Assembly: GCF_006345805.1 (NCBI RefSeq)
Contig: NC_043014.1
Location: forward strand, 3,224,001 to 3,288,000
Source: Octopus sinensis
Lineage: Eukaryota
Length of the DNA stretch: 64,000 bases
Reading direction: 5' to 3'
The notes below the pieces were generated by a model. It was not told where the DNA came from and did not search any database. It saw only the letters and a list, made by a program, of their open reading frames with translations. Positions 39,313-53,759 of this stretch are shown here, piece by piece. The position numbers and the translations under genes were made by a program. Numbering within the stretch: the first letter of the stretch is position 1; each line of letters begins with the position of its first letter.

Positions 39313-40466
39313 CCTGTCCGAGTATCATGGGTGCTAGCATGATCCTTATGTTTATGACCTGTAACTTAACAGTTCAACAAACAGAATCAATAAAGTAATA
39401 AGAATATTTATAAGTAAATACTGAGATCAATATGACTGACTGAAAACATTTATGGTGTTGCTCCAGCATGGCCACAGTCCAAAGAGGGGGAAAAGAAAAA
39501 AGAAAATGGTTCCAAATGGAGGTCAAAATACAGGTTAAAATACAGGAAGGTTAAAATAGGGGTCAATAGAGTTTCTAATTGAATAAGTTGACTGGGGTGA
39601 AGGGTTAGGGTTTTGTTTCTTTGCTAGTATGGGTGGGGGGAAGGGTGACCTGATGGGAGCAAGAAAAAGGGAAGGTGTGTGTGTGTATGTGTGTGTGTGC
39701 GTGTGTGTATGTGTGTGTGTGCGTGTGTGTATGTGTGTGTGTAACTGTGAAAGTTAACGCTTATAAACATACAAACATAGAAATATATAAATGCATATAT
39801 AAATATATATTTGCATATATATATATTTATATACATATATGCAAATATATATTTATATATACAATATATATTTATATATATATATATATATATATACATA
39901 TATAACTACACACACATACACACACATATAAATATATATATGCACATATCAATATATATATGTATGTATGTACATATACATATGTTGTGTATGAATGCCA
40001 ATGTGTGTGTATATGCCAATGTATGTGCATGAGTGTGTGTGTGTGTGTGTGCGTGTGTGTGTGTTTGTCCATGCGTATATGTGCATGGGCCTATATTTAT
40101 ATATATGAATGTATCTGCATTGTAAAGGTCGGTGACCCCATGCGGATGTATGTATGTGTGCGTGTATATATATATATATACATAAAACTATGTGTGTGTG
40201 TGTATATGTGTGTGTATGTGTGAGTGTGTGTTTGTGTGTGTGTGTGTTTGTGTGCGTGTATTTAGTATGTGTATGCATATGTCTATAAATAAAATTTCTC
40301 AAAAGTTTCAAGGTAGCTCGGAAAAACAACAACGTAAACTACGATAAACAAACAAAAAAAAACACGCTGATAAAAAGTACATCACACATGAGGATGATGA
40401 TGATAATGATGATGATGATGACGATGATGATGACGATGATGATGATGATGATGATGATGACGATGG

Positions 40467-40498
<32 letters not shown>

Positions 40499-40529
40499 GC
40501 AATGGTGATGATGATGATGATGACGATGG

Positions 40530-40560
<31 letters not shown>

Positions 40561-40940
40561 GAGTGTGATGATGATGATAAGTATATAGAATGATTGTGTG
40601 TGGAAGAGTAATGGAATGTCCAACATATTAAGTGTGTGTTGCCAGTTGCATTGATGTGCGCATATGCTTTGCTGCGACTGCTAAAAGGGATAATTAGTTT
40701 GGCAAGGAGAGCTGGCACGGAGAGCGATTCAAGGGTTGGCAAACACCGTGTGTTTGTTTGTTGGAGAAGAAGAAAGAGAGAGAGAGGGAGAGAGAGAGAG
40801 AGGGAGAGAGAGACAGAGACAGAGAGAGGGGAGAGAGGGAGAGGTTAGGGAGAGAGAGAGAAAGAGAGAGGAAGGGTGAGAGAGAATGCTTATGAGAAAG
40901 AGGGAAAAGATAAGGATATATATATACATATATATATGTG

Positions 40941-40973
<33 letters not shown>

Positions 40974-40982
40974 GTATGTATA

Positions 40983-41370
40983 TTCTTTTATTCTTTTATT
41001 TGTTTCAGTCATTTGATTGTGGCCATGCTGGAGCACCACCTTTAGTTGAGAAAATCGACCCTAGGACTTATTCTTTGTAAGCCCAGTACTTATTCTATTG
41101 GTCTCTTTTGGTGAACCGCTAAGTTACAGGGACGTAAACACACCAGCATTGGTTGTCAAGCGATGGTGGGGGCACAAACACACACACACACACACACACG
41201 TATACGATGGGTTCCTTTCAGTTTCCGTCTACCAAATCCACTCACAAGGCTTTGGTCGGCCCGAGGCTATAGCAGAAGATACTTGCCAAAGGTGCCATAC
41301 AGTGGGACTGAACCCAGAATCATGTGGTTGAGAAGCAAGCTACTTACCACACAGCCATGCCTGCACCTAT
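40983..41370 (-). mobile_element. SINE family A
   Basis: Reverse complement of the family A consensus. Confidence 0.85.
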
Positions 41371-41374
41371 ATAT

Positions 41375-41410
<36 letters not shown>

Positions 41411-42420
41411 TTATAGAGCGAAGCCATATTTTTCTTTTCCATACCTGGCATCTCTGAAGAACATGTGTATTAAGTAGCTGCCCTGCTATTTAATATCCAG
41501 TTACCTAATATCTGGTGAGAAACCAATTGATTTGATCTGCTGCAATGGATCTATAATACTGTATACTTTGATTCATAATCCCAATATATATATATATATA
41601 TCATCATCATCATTATCATCATCATTTAACGTCCATCTTCCATGCTGGTATGGGTGGGGATGATTTGACCAGAGCCAGTCAAGCAGAAGCCTGCACTAGA
41701 CTTTTGTCATTGTTTTGGCAGGATTTTTACAGCTGGATGCCCTTCCAAATGCCAACCACTCTACAGTGTGGACTGAATGCTTTTGAAGTGGCACCTGCAC
41801 TGACAGGGTTACCAAGTAATCTGAAACTCCAAAAATCTTTTGAGGGGAGAGGGAGCATTGGAGGAGGGGATCTTGTGACAGGTGATGAAAGGTTATAGAG
41901 AGACAGAGAGACCGAGAGACAGAAACATCTTCAATCATGGCTACCAAATAATTGTAACATATTATATTTACAGATATATATATATATATTATATATATAT
42001 ATATATATATAATTTGTGAAATAGAAAGATGAATAATCTTGTAGTAGATTAATCAAAAGTTTAACCGATACCTTAGTAGCAAAAATCACAGCATAGTTCA
42101 GGAGCATAGTTCGATTTGCTTTTGCTCCGCCTCTGTTCTGTTTTTGTTTTTCCAGCGGATTTCCTTTTTTCTTCCTGAAGAGAAAGACACAATATGGTCC
42201 CATTATTCAATCGGATTTTGGTAATTTGTGCCTTTCGAAACACGTGTAGAATGAAATAAAACGATTTCTGTTCAATCTATCTGCGTTCAGCTCCATTTTT
42301 CAATTCACCAATAACGTTTTATATATATATATATATATATATATCTATATATATAGGTCCCGGGTTGAGTCGGGGTTAACCACAGTCAATAAGGTACTCA
42401 ATACATAGCAGAGTAAATTA

Positions 42421-42610
42421 ATTTATTTTATAGAAGGAGCTTCTACGGACTAGAACTGTTTCATTCTGAAGAAATCATCAGGAAGCTAGTAGAACAAGAG
42501 TTTTTTTGGCATATACATGTATAAATGCCAAAACAACTCTTGTCTACTAGCTTCCTGATGATTTCTTTCGAATGAAACAGTTCTAGTCCTGTAGAAGCTC
42601 CTTCTATAAA

Positions 42611-42616
<6 letters not shown>
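42421..42616. mobile_element. 196-bp fold-back (PLE-like inverted pseudo-LTR)
   Basis: ATTTATTTTATAGAAGGAGCTTC ... GAAGCTCCTTCTATAAAATAAAT, centre ATACATGTAT, a few indels between arms, (TA)n adjacent. Confidence 0.8.
42549..42599 (+). ncRNA. Type I hammerhead ribozyme fold
   Basis: Stem I AGCTTC/GAAGCT, core CTGATGA, stem II T-TTC(TTTC)GAA-T, GAA-ACAG(TTCTAGTC)CTGT-A; predicted GUA cleavage after 42593. Confidence 0.65.
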
Positions 42617-42665
<49 letters not shown>

Positions 42666-43551
42666 TATGGATGTATATATGTATATAATTACACAACAGG
42701 CTTCCGCACAGTTTTCTGTCTATCAAATTCACTCACAAGGCATCTTTTGAGGCTACAGTAGAAGGCACTCTTCCAAAGTACCACACAGTGGGACTGAACC
42801 CAAAACCTTGTGGATGGGAAGCAAACTTCTTAAGCACACAGCCACTTATAGCCCACACCTATGAATATATAAATACACACACACAAACACACACACACAA
42901 ACACACACACACAGACACACATACACACGCATGTGCATACTGACACTAATTCATTCATTTAAAATATGTTTAGACATGAAATATCGATATGGCCCAACTC
43001 ATTAGCAAACTTGAATATGCTGTTCTTTCGATTGCAATAATTATGCTTTGCAAATAGTAAGTTTGTTGGTTAGAGACATTCACATATTCCCAGAAGTGAA
43101 CACATTGTAAAACAGTAAAACAAAAATTTATATGTGTGGTTATATGTGTCTTAATATTCCGCTTCGGTTCGTCTGTTTTAATATTCTGAGTTCGAATTCC
43201 ACTGAGGTTGACCTTGCCTTTCATTCTCTCAGGATGTCAAGGCAGCAAGCTGGCAGAAATGTTAGCATGGTGGGCGAAATGCTTAATGGAGTTTCGTCTG
43301 TCTTTGTGTTCTGAGTTCAAATTCCACTGAGGTCAACTTTGCCTTTCATCCTTTCGCGGTAAATAAATTAAGTACCAGATGCATACAGGGGTTGATATAA
43401 TTAACTGGCCCCACCTCCCCAAATATTTCGGACCTTGTGCCTAAAACAGAAAAGAATATTCCACTCCGGTATTGCAAGACAAATAACCCGAGGTAGAACT
43501 CAATATACGTATGTGGTTTGATGTGGGTATATATATATGTATATATATATA

Positions 43552-43868
43552 CAAGATCACAGCATACATGTACACTGCAACATAATTTCTTTTCCTCAAC
43601 AGGCCCTACCCTATTTAACATTGTCCCGAAAGAGATCAAAGAGGAAAAGGATCCCATCAACTTTAAACAGAGTCTGGATAGATTCCTTCAAGGAATACCA
43701 GATAAGCCACCCATAATTGGATACAACTCACCCAACAAAAACCTCACTACTTGAATGGACCATAAACAAAACTTGACTTAAACAGGATTTAGATAATCCT
43801 ATCAGGTGGTGCTATTAAGTTAGATATGGCTTGGACCAATCTTTGGTCGAAACATATCTAAGTTTATC
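43552..43868 (+). mobile_element. CR1/L2-group LINE 3' end
   Basis: QHNFFSSTGPTLFNIVPKEIKEEKDPINFKQSLDRFLQGIPDKP resembles the CR1 C-terminal xxFFSxRxxxxWNxLP...FKxxLDxFL; tandem tail ATCTAAGTTT x2. Confidence 0.8.
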
Positions 43869-44279
43869 TAAGTTTATATATATATATAGTTGAAGTGAGT
43901 TCTGTTGAGAACGTATAAGAGTACAAATAGAGCTCTTTCACCCTTAGAATTCCCAAATAGCTGGTGGTACTCTTATGGTATGCTACCAATTCTAGTCTTG
44001 GGTATTCCTCATCTGAAAAATAAAAATTAAAAAGTAAAAGAGACAAAAGGAAGACTAAGTAGTGATTAAAAAGTTGCTTAACTAAACCATCTTGCCCTTG
44101 TTGTGTGTGTGTGTGTGTGTGGGGGGGGGTTCTCTTGGATACCACTTGACAACAGCATGGGTCCACATGGGTGTCTGTAAACCTTGTCATATGTCCATCC
44201 GAGTGAAACTTGTGCAATCACATCATTCACTCTGCTCCATTCACAAATTAACTCATGACAAAATGAGACATGCCTATAC

Positions 44280-45000
<721 letters not shown>

Positions 45001-45867
45001 ATAAATTAAGTTGTATATTAAGCATTATACATGTACACGCCCGTCTCGTGAGGCCAATAAATTTCATTAATTCATAAATGCAGTGATGAGTAAATCAATG
45101 GATGTACCCTGCAGTAAAGTCTAATGAATAACAACATATATAATATGTGCATGCACACACATGCACACGTGCATGTACACACGTATAGGTCGAGATCTAA
45201 ATAGAGATATTGTCGAAAGAGAGAGAGGACATATACATATACACAACACACACACACACATAGATATATATGTGTGTGGTGTGTGTGTATATGTATATAT
45301 ATATGTATATATTATATATATAGATATATATATATAATAATAATAATAATATGAGGGAATATTATTCCAAACTTACAGGGAAAAATTCAATTTAGAAATA
45401 CTAAATCAAATTCACAAAATATAATATATATATATATATATATATACATTAGAACAAATATATACATTTTATTTATTATTTGGACACACTTTAATCATTG
45501 TTATATGTTTTATCTTATATTTAATCTTTCTTAATATGTAATTTTCTAGATGGTGTAATTTAATTTTTCATTTTGAATTGATGAAAGGTGTTTTTTTTCA
45601 AATTTATATATATATATATTACATACGCATATATATCATCATCATCATTTAACGTCCGTTTTCCGCGCTAGCACGGGTTGGACGGTTTCGACCGGGGTCT
45701 GGGGAGCTCGGGACTGCCCCAGGCTCCAGTCTAGTCTGGCAGTGTTTCTACAGCTGGATGCCCTTCCTAACGCCAACCACTCCGCGAGTGTAGTGGGTGT
45801 TTTTTACGTGCCACCTGCACAGGTGCCAGAGGGGTCTGGCATCGGCCACGTTCGGATGGTGCTTTTT

Positions 45868-46295
45868 ATGTGGGGGGGGGGGGGGAGAAATATAGGGGAG
45901 CACCAGTGGGGAGGGGTGGTTCAGAGAAATGATGACAGGTTCTAGGCAAGTAGAACGTAGGATATCAAGAGAGGGGTAATGCATGGTCAAATAGCGTATT
46001 GAAGAGGGGGGTTCGAAGAGTAGACACCTATAATGGTGGTGGGAGAAGCGACATCCGGTATAGATGGAGCAAAAATATAGAGATATCCGGTATTGGTGGT
46101 GGGGGTGGGCAAGGGCGGGTGCACCGGGAATATGACGGGCTGGCTTAAATGCTCTTAGCAAAGGAAGAGGGGGGATGGCAGACAACGTAAAAGAGGGAGA
46201 GAGAGAAGGGAAATAGTGGAACCCCGCGAAAATGGGCCGCCATTGAAAAAACCCCTGTATGGAGAAATAATATGCAATACAAGGCGAAGCTGAAA

Positions 46296-46362
<67 letters not shown>

Positions 46363-46503
46363 GCAAATTTTCGACCGAGGATCAAAGGGACAATACTAAT
46401 ACTACTAATAATAGTAATAATAATAAATAATAAACAGCTCAACCACAACATTAGATTAGAAAGACTCTCTTATCTTGGGAACATTTCGTTCTTCGGCCTG
46501 ACA
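45868..46503 (+). mobile_element. Possible solo LTR that seeds the tandem array
   Basis: Begins TGTGGG, where it interrupts an RTE UTR, and ends AATAAAC...CGGCCTGACA (TG...CA, poly(A)-signal-like hexamer ~70 nt upstream). No TSD verifiable. Confidence 0.3.
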
Positions 46504-47048
46504 CGGGAATATGACGGGCTGGCTTAAATGCTCTTAGCAAAGGAAGAGGGGGGATGGCAGACAACGTAAAAGAGGGAGAGAGAGAAGGGAAATAGTGGAA
46601 CCCCGCGAAAATGGGCCGCCATTGAAAAAACCCCTGTATGGAGAAATAATATGCAATACAAGGCGAAGCTGAAAATAGTAATAATAATAATAAATAATAA
46701 TAATAATAATAATAAATATAATAATAATAATAATAAGCAAATTTTCGACCGAGGATCAAAGGGACAATACTAATACTACTAATAATAGTAATAATAATAA
46801 ATAATAAACAGCTCAACCACAACATTAGATTAGAAAGACTCTCTTATCTTGGGAACATTTCGTTCTTCGGCCTGACACGGGAATATGACGGGCTGGCTTA
46901 AATGCTCTTAGCAAAGGAAGAGGGGGGATGGCAGACAACGTAAAAGAGGGAGAGAGAGAAGGGAAATAGTGGAACCCCGCGAAAATGGGCCGCCATTGAA
47001 AAAACCCCTGTATGGAGAAATAATATGCAATACAAGGCGAAGCTGAAA

Positions 47049-47112
<64 letters not shown>

Positions 47113-47415
47113 GCAAATTTTCGACCGAGGATCAAAGGGACAATACTAATACTACTAATAATAGTAATAATAATAATAATAACAGCTCAACCACAACATT
47201 AGATTAGAAAGACTCTCTTATCTTGGGAACATTTCGTTCTTCGGCCTGACACGGGAATATGACGGGCTGGCTTAATGCTCTTAGCAAAGGAAGAGGGGGG
47301 ATGGCAGACAACGTAAAAGAGGGAGAGAGAGAAGGGAAATAGTGGAACCCCGCGAAAATGGGCCGCCATTGAAAAAACCCCTGTATGGAGAAATAATAGC
47401 AATACAAAGCGAAAA

Positions 47416-47475
<60 letters not shown>

Positions 47476-47804
47476 TAATAATAAATAATAATAAGCAAAT
47501 TTTCGACCGAGGATCAAAGGGACAATACTAATACTACTAATAATAGTAATAATAATAAATAATAAACAGCTCAACCACAACATTAGATTAGAAAGACTCT
47601 CTTATCTGGGAACATTTCGTTCTTCGGCCTGACACGGGAATATGACGGGCTGGCTTAAATGCTCTTAGCAAAGGAAGAGGGGGGATGGCAGACAACGTAA
47701 AAGAGGGAGAGAGAGAGAAGGGAATAGTGGAACCCCGCGAAAATGGGCCGCCATTGAAAAAACCTGTATGGAGAAATAATATGCAATACAAGGCGAAGCT
47801 GAAA

Positions 47805-47870
<66 letters not shown>

Positions 47871-48188
47871 TAAGCAATTTTCGACCGAGGATCAAAGGGA
47901 CAATACTAATACTACTAATAATAGTAATAATAATAAATATAAACAGCTCAACCACAACATTAGATTAGAAAGACTCTCTTATCTTGGGAACATTTCGTTC
48001 TTCGGCCTGACACGGGAATATGACGGGCTGGCTTAAATGCTCTTAGCAAAGGAAGAGGGGGGATGGCAGACAACGTAAAAGAGGGAGAGAGAGAGAGAGG
48101 GAAATAGTGGAACCCCGCGAAAATGGGCCGCCATTGAAAAAACCCCTGTATGGAGAAATAATATGCAATACAAGGCGAAGCTGAAATA

Positions 48189-48225
<37 letters not shown>

Positions 48226-48562
48226 TAATAATAATAATAATAATAATAATAAGCAAATTTTCGACCGAGGATCAAAGGGACAATACTAATACTACTAATA
48301 ATAGTAATAATAATAAATAATAAACAGCTCAACCACAACATTAGATTAAAGACTCTCTTATCTTGGGAACATTTCGTTCTTCGGCCTGACACGGGAATAT
48401 GACGGGCTGGCTTAAATGCTCTTAGCAAAGGAAGAGGGGGGATGGCAGACAACGTAAAAGAGGGAGAGAGAGAAGGGAAATAGTGGAACCCCGCGAAAAT
48501 GGGCCGCCATTGAAAAAACCCCTGTATGGAGAAATAATATGCAATACAAGGCGAAGCTGAAA

Positions 48563-48632
<70 letters not shown>

Positions 48633-48981
48633 GCAAATTTTCGACCGAGGATCAAAGGGACAATACTAATACTACTAATAATAGTAATAATAATAAATAA
48701 TAAACAGCTCAACCACAACATTAGATTAGAAAGACTCTCTTATCTTGGGAACATTTCGTTCTTCGGCCTGACACGGGAATATGACGGGCTGGCTTAAATG
48801 CTCTTAGCAAAGGAAGAGGGGGGATGGCAGACAACGTAAAAGAGGGAGAGAGAGAAGGGAAATAGTGGAACCCCGCGAAAATGGGCCGCCATTGAAAAAA
48901 CCCCTGTATGGAGAAATAATATGCAATACAAGGCGAAGCTGAAAATAGTAATAATATATAATAATAATAATAATAATAATA

Positions 48982-49013
<32 letters not shown>

Positions 49014-49711
49014 GCAAATTTTCGACCGAGGATCAAAGGGACAATACTAATACTACTAATAATAGTAATAATAATAAATAATAAACAGCTCAACACAACA
49101 TTAGATTAGAAAGACTCTCTTATCTTGGGAACATTCGTTTTCGGCCTGACACGGGAATATGACGGGCTGGCTTAAATGCTCTTAGCAAAGGAAGAGGGGG
49201 GATGGCAGACAACGTAAAAGAGGGAGAGAGAGAAGGGAAATAGTGGAACCCCGCGAAAATGGGCCGCCATTGAAAAAACCCCTGTATGGAGAAATAATAT
49301 GCAATACAAGGCGAAGCTGAAAATATAATAATAATAATAATAATAATATAATAATAATAATATAATAATAATATAATATAATAAGCAAATTTTCGACCGA
49401 GGATCAAAGGGACAATACTAATACTACTAATAATAGTAATAATAATAAATAATAAACAGCTCAACCACAACATTAGATTAGAAAGACTCTCTTATCTTGG
49501 GAACATTTCGTTCTTCGGCCTGACACGGGAATATGACGGGCTGGCTTAAATGCTCTTAGCAAAGGAAGAGGGGGATGGCAGACAACGTAAAAGAGGGAGA
49601 GAGAGAAGGGAAATAGTGGAACCCCGCGAAAATGGGCCGCCATTGAAAAAACCCCTGTATGGAGAAATAATATGCAATACAAGGCGAAGCTGAAAATAGT
49701 ATAGAATAATA

Positions 49712-49751
<40 letters not shown>

Positions 49752-50400
49752 TAATAATAATAATAGCAAATTTTCGACGAGGATCAAAGGGACAATACTA
49801 ATACTACTAATAATAGTAATAATAATAAATAATAAACAGCTCAACCACAACATTAGATTAGAAAGACTCTCTTATCTTGGGAACATTTCGTTCTTCGGCC
49901 TGACACGGGAATATGACGGGCTGGCTTAAATGCTCTTAGCAAAGGAAGAGGGGGGATGGCAGACAACGTAAAAGAGGGAGAGAGAGAGGGAAATAGTGGA
50001 ACCCCGCGAAAATGGGCCGCCATTGAAAAACCCCTGTATGGAGAAATAATATGCAATACAAGGCGAAGCTGAAAATAGTATAATAATATAATAATAATAA
50101 TAACAATAACAATAATAATAATAATAATAATAAAGCAAATTTTCGACCGAGGAATCAAAGGGACAATACTAATACTACTAATAATAGTAATATAATAAAT
50201 AATAAACAGCTCAACCACAACATTAGATTAGAAAGACTCTCTTATCTTGGGAACATTTCGTTCTTCGGCCTGACACGGGAATATGACGGGCTGGCTTAAA
50301 TGCTCTTAGCAAAGGAAGAGGGGGGATGGCAGACAACGTAAAAGAGGGAGAGAGAGAAGGGAAATAGTGGAACCCCGCGAAAATGGGCCGCCATTGAAAA
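46125..50400. repeat. Tandem array of 11 full ~378-bp units plus a 125-bp partial unit, each with an (AAT)n core
   Basis: Marker CGGGAATATGACGGGC at 46125, 46504, 46878, 47252, 47635, 48013, 48392, 48774, 49152, 49526, 49906, 50276. Confidence 0.97.
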
Positions 50401-50724
50401 TGTATATGTATATTTATACATGTATATATATATATAATATATATATATATATATCATCATCATCATCATTATCACCACCATCATCATCATCGTCGTCGTC
50501 ATCAACATCATCGTTTAATGTCTGTTTTCCATGCTGGCTTGAGTTGGACGGTTTGACAGGCGTTAGTAAGCTAGAGAGCTGCACCAAGTACCAGTTTTGT
50601 TCTGCTTTGGCATGGTCTCTATGGCCGGATGCCCTTCCTAATACTGACCACCTCACAGAGTGTATTGGGTGCTTTTTACTTGGCACCAGCACCCATGGTG
50701 TCACTGAATAGTAACAAAGCAAAA

Positions 50725-51045
50725 ACCTCAAGTATGTGTGGTAAGAATCTTGCTTCCCAACCACATGGTTCTATGTTCAGTCCCACTGCATGGCACCTTG
50801 GTCAAGTGCCTTCTACTATAACCTCAGGCCAAGCAAAGCCTTGGAAGTGGATTTGGTATGAGGAAATTCAAAGTATATATCAATGTGTGTGTATCTTTGT
50901 GTCTGTGCTTATCCCCACCCCCACCCCATTACCACTTGACAACCAGTGTTGGTGTGTTTACGTCCCTGTAACTTAGCAGGTCAGCGAAAGAGACAGAATA
51001 GGTACCAGGCTTAGAAAATAAGTCCTGGGGTCAATTCCTTTGACT
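50725..51045 (+). mobile_element. SINE family A, diverged
   Basis: TGTGTGGTAAGAATCTTGCTTCCCAACCACATGG head. Confidence 0.75.
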
Positions 51046-51783
51046 AAAATATTCACAATTAGGTGAACCGGCCTATTATTAACTTTGTTAGCCATGGACA
51101 CGGTACAGTGAAGTGTACCACACTGTGGTAGCTACTTACAGCCACATGGACAGGACTATTGACAGTTAGATGTCCTGGATCCAAACCCAAAATGTAATGC
51201 AGCTTGTAGTAGAATGAGAACCAACAACCTTCAGATCCACAGCCCAGTGTCTTATCAACCTACACACCCATATCCTCCAATTAACATGATAAAGAATTGA
51301 ATAATTAATAGAGTATGCATGCATGTGTGTATGTGTGTGTATGTATGTATGTGTGTGCATGTATGTGTAAGTATGTATGTATGTATGTATGTATATATGT
51401 GTGTATGTGTATGAGTGTGTGTATATGTGTATGTAAGTATGTGTGTATATTTGTGTATGTGTATGAGAATATATGTATATGTGCATATGCATGTGTTTGT
51501 ATGTGTGTGTGTATGCGTGTGCAGGCTAATGTGTGTGTGTGTGTATGTGTGTGTGTGGGTTAATGTGTGTATGTGTGCCTGTTTTTTAATTGGGAAACTG
51601 ACAAACAAACATATAATTACTTTAGTTTGTGAATTAACATAATAAACAACTGAGTAGTTAATTAACGATGCATGTTAATTAATTGGCAAACTGACAAATG
51701 ACCAAACATTCAGCTATTCCAGTTAAAACTAGAATAATGATTTCTGGATGTTGAGGCATGGAAAAAAAATAATAATAATGATG

Positions 51784-51856
<73 letters not shown>

Positions 51857-52445
51857 TTATGATGATGATGATGATGATGATAATGATAATAATAATAGTA
51901 ATGGTTTCAAATTTTGGCACAAGGCCAGTAATTTTGGGGCAGGAGTTAAGTCGATTACACTGGCCCCAATATGCAACTGGTATTTATATTATCAATCCCA
52001 AAAGAATGAAAGGTAAAGTCGACCTCGGTGGAATTTGAACTCAGAATGTACAGACTGATGAAATGCTACTAAACATTTGATAGACCCTTAAAGTGGTCTT
52101 TAGTAACCATCTGTCAACAGTTCCACAAATCACCAAACCCATTCCCATTTTTATAAACAACCCCAACAAAATTAATTTTAATTAGACAGGAAATAAAACA
52201 AAGATACTTTTAGAGAGAAAATTCATTCATTTAAAAAATCGTGTTTAATGACATTATTTTGGAAAATGGCAAATAGTATTTTATTAAATTTCATTTGAAA
52301 ACACCAAATCTTGGATAACTACAATTTTTTACAGAGAATCCTGGCTTCCTCAGAACTTTATTTAAAAATTAGCAATATCGCCTGGCGTTGCACGGATTTG
52401 TTTCAAACCTTTAGAATTGGAATTTTTGAAAAGTAATTATAGGGA

Positions 52446-52842
52446 CTAGCAGTATCACCCGGTGCAGCTCGGGTTTGTTTCGGAAACCCTTTAGAATTGA
52501 AATTTTTGAAAAGTAAAAATTTTGCATTATGTAGCTTGTTATTCTCTTTAAGTGAACATTTTTCTGGTTGAAATACACCAAAAACTAGTGACACAGCAGT
52601 CAGAAAATAGTAAAAAGTAGGGATTTTCATAGAAAAAAAGCACCTTTTTGATGTAAATAATTTTTGGTGTTAACATGGTCCGATTTGAATTTTTTCTGCG
52701 GAAGAAAGAGCAAGCCTTCTTCTATCATACTCTCGATTTTGGTCAACTTGCACCCCAGGGTCTCAGAGGAGATAGTGTTAGTTGAAGGCTACCAAACCTG
52801 CCAAACACTGAAGACAGCTTCAGCTTTATATATAGAGAGAGA
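52446..52842 (-). mobile_element. Non-autonomous Helitron-like element
   Basis: On minus: A|TC 5' end, subterminal hairpin CCCGAGCTGCACCGGG, CTAG|T 3' end. A second decayed 3' end lies at ~52370-52440. Confidence 0.8.
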
Positions 52843-53341
52843 TTACTGTTCTAGACCAATGGTTTCCAAACATATCTTGCCATGGAGCTCATACTGTGAT
52901 CTGGATGCAGAAGGGGCAACCTGGTGAAAAGGGACCAAAAACAGAAAATTAAAATGCTGAGATCAGCATAGTAAGAACTCTGGTCTACTGACTGATCTAA
53001 TGTTCCTGGATGATAGAGAATTGGTAAAATTCTTTAGGGATGAAATTTAAAATGATCTTAAAAATCTTTGCAGTTGGGATAAGCAAGGCAGACACACTAA
53101 ACAGACTTGTGTGAGCTCTTCAGATAAAAACTTACATTGCTGTGGTTATAAGCAGAAGCAGCAGAGACTTAGTCATCAGTCTTACCAAATTTGGTTGGTC
53201 GGCAAGAAATTATTTTGCCTTGCTCACCCAACTGCAAGGGTCTTTTAAGATCCTTTCAAATTACACCCTTAAAGAGACATCAGATGACTCAGTAGACAAA
53301 AGCCCTTACTATGATCATATCAGTATTTTCATTTACATTTA

Positions 53342-53759
53342 AGGCGGCGAGCTGGCAGAAACGTTAGCATGCCGGGTGAAATGCGTAGCTGTATTTCGTC
53401 TGCTGTTACGTTCTGAGTTCAAATTCCACCGAGGTCGACATTGCCTTTCATCCTTTTGGGGTCGATAAATTAAGTACCAGTTATGCACTGAGGTCGATAT
53501 AATCGACTTAATCCGTTTGTCTGTCCTTGTTTGTCCCTCCTGTATTTAGCCCCTTGTGGTTAGTAATGAAATAGGTATTTTGTCTGCCATTACATTCTGA
53601 GTTTAAATTCCGCCGAGGTCGACTTTGCCTTTCATCCTTTCAGGGTCGATTAAATAAGTACCAGTTACGCACTGGGGTCGATGTAATCAACTTAATACCT
53701 ATGTCTGTCCTTGTTTGTCCCCTCTGTGTTTAGCCCCTTGTGGGTAGTAAAGAAATAGA
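53342..53759 (+). mobile_element. SINE family B dimer with 17-bp TSD
   Basis: TATTTTCATTTACATTT at 53324-53340 and 53760-53776; head GGCGGCGAGCTGGCAGAAACG. Confidence 0.9.

Noticed and set aside
46478-46498. GG-CCGAAGA-AC-GAAA-TGT-T-CC hammerhead-like string on the minus strand of each array unit
   Set aside because: U4 is replaced, there is no stem II and stem I is only 2 bp; too weak to call
46590-46680. HDV-like ribozyme in the array unit (CCC-ATTTTCGC-GGG loop, GGCGAA)
   Set aside because: P1 and P2 partners could not be found in the required order on either strand
46145-50511. Recurring ORFs in the tandem array
   Set aside because: Frames shift with (AAT)n length between units; no conserved reading frame
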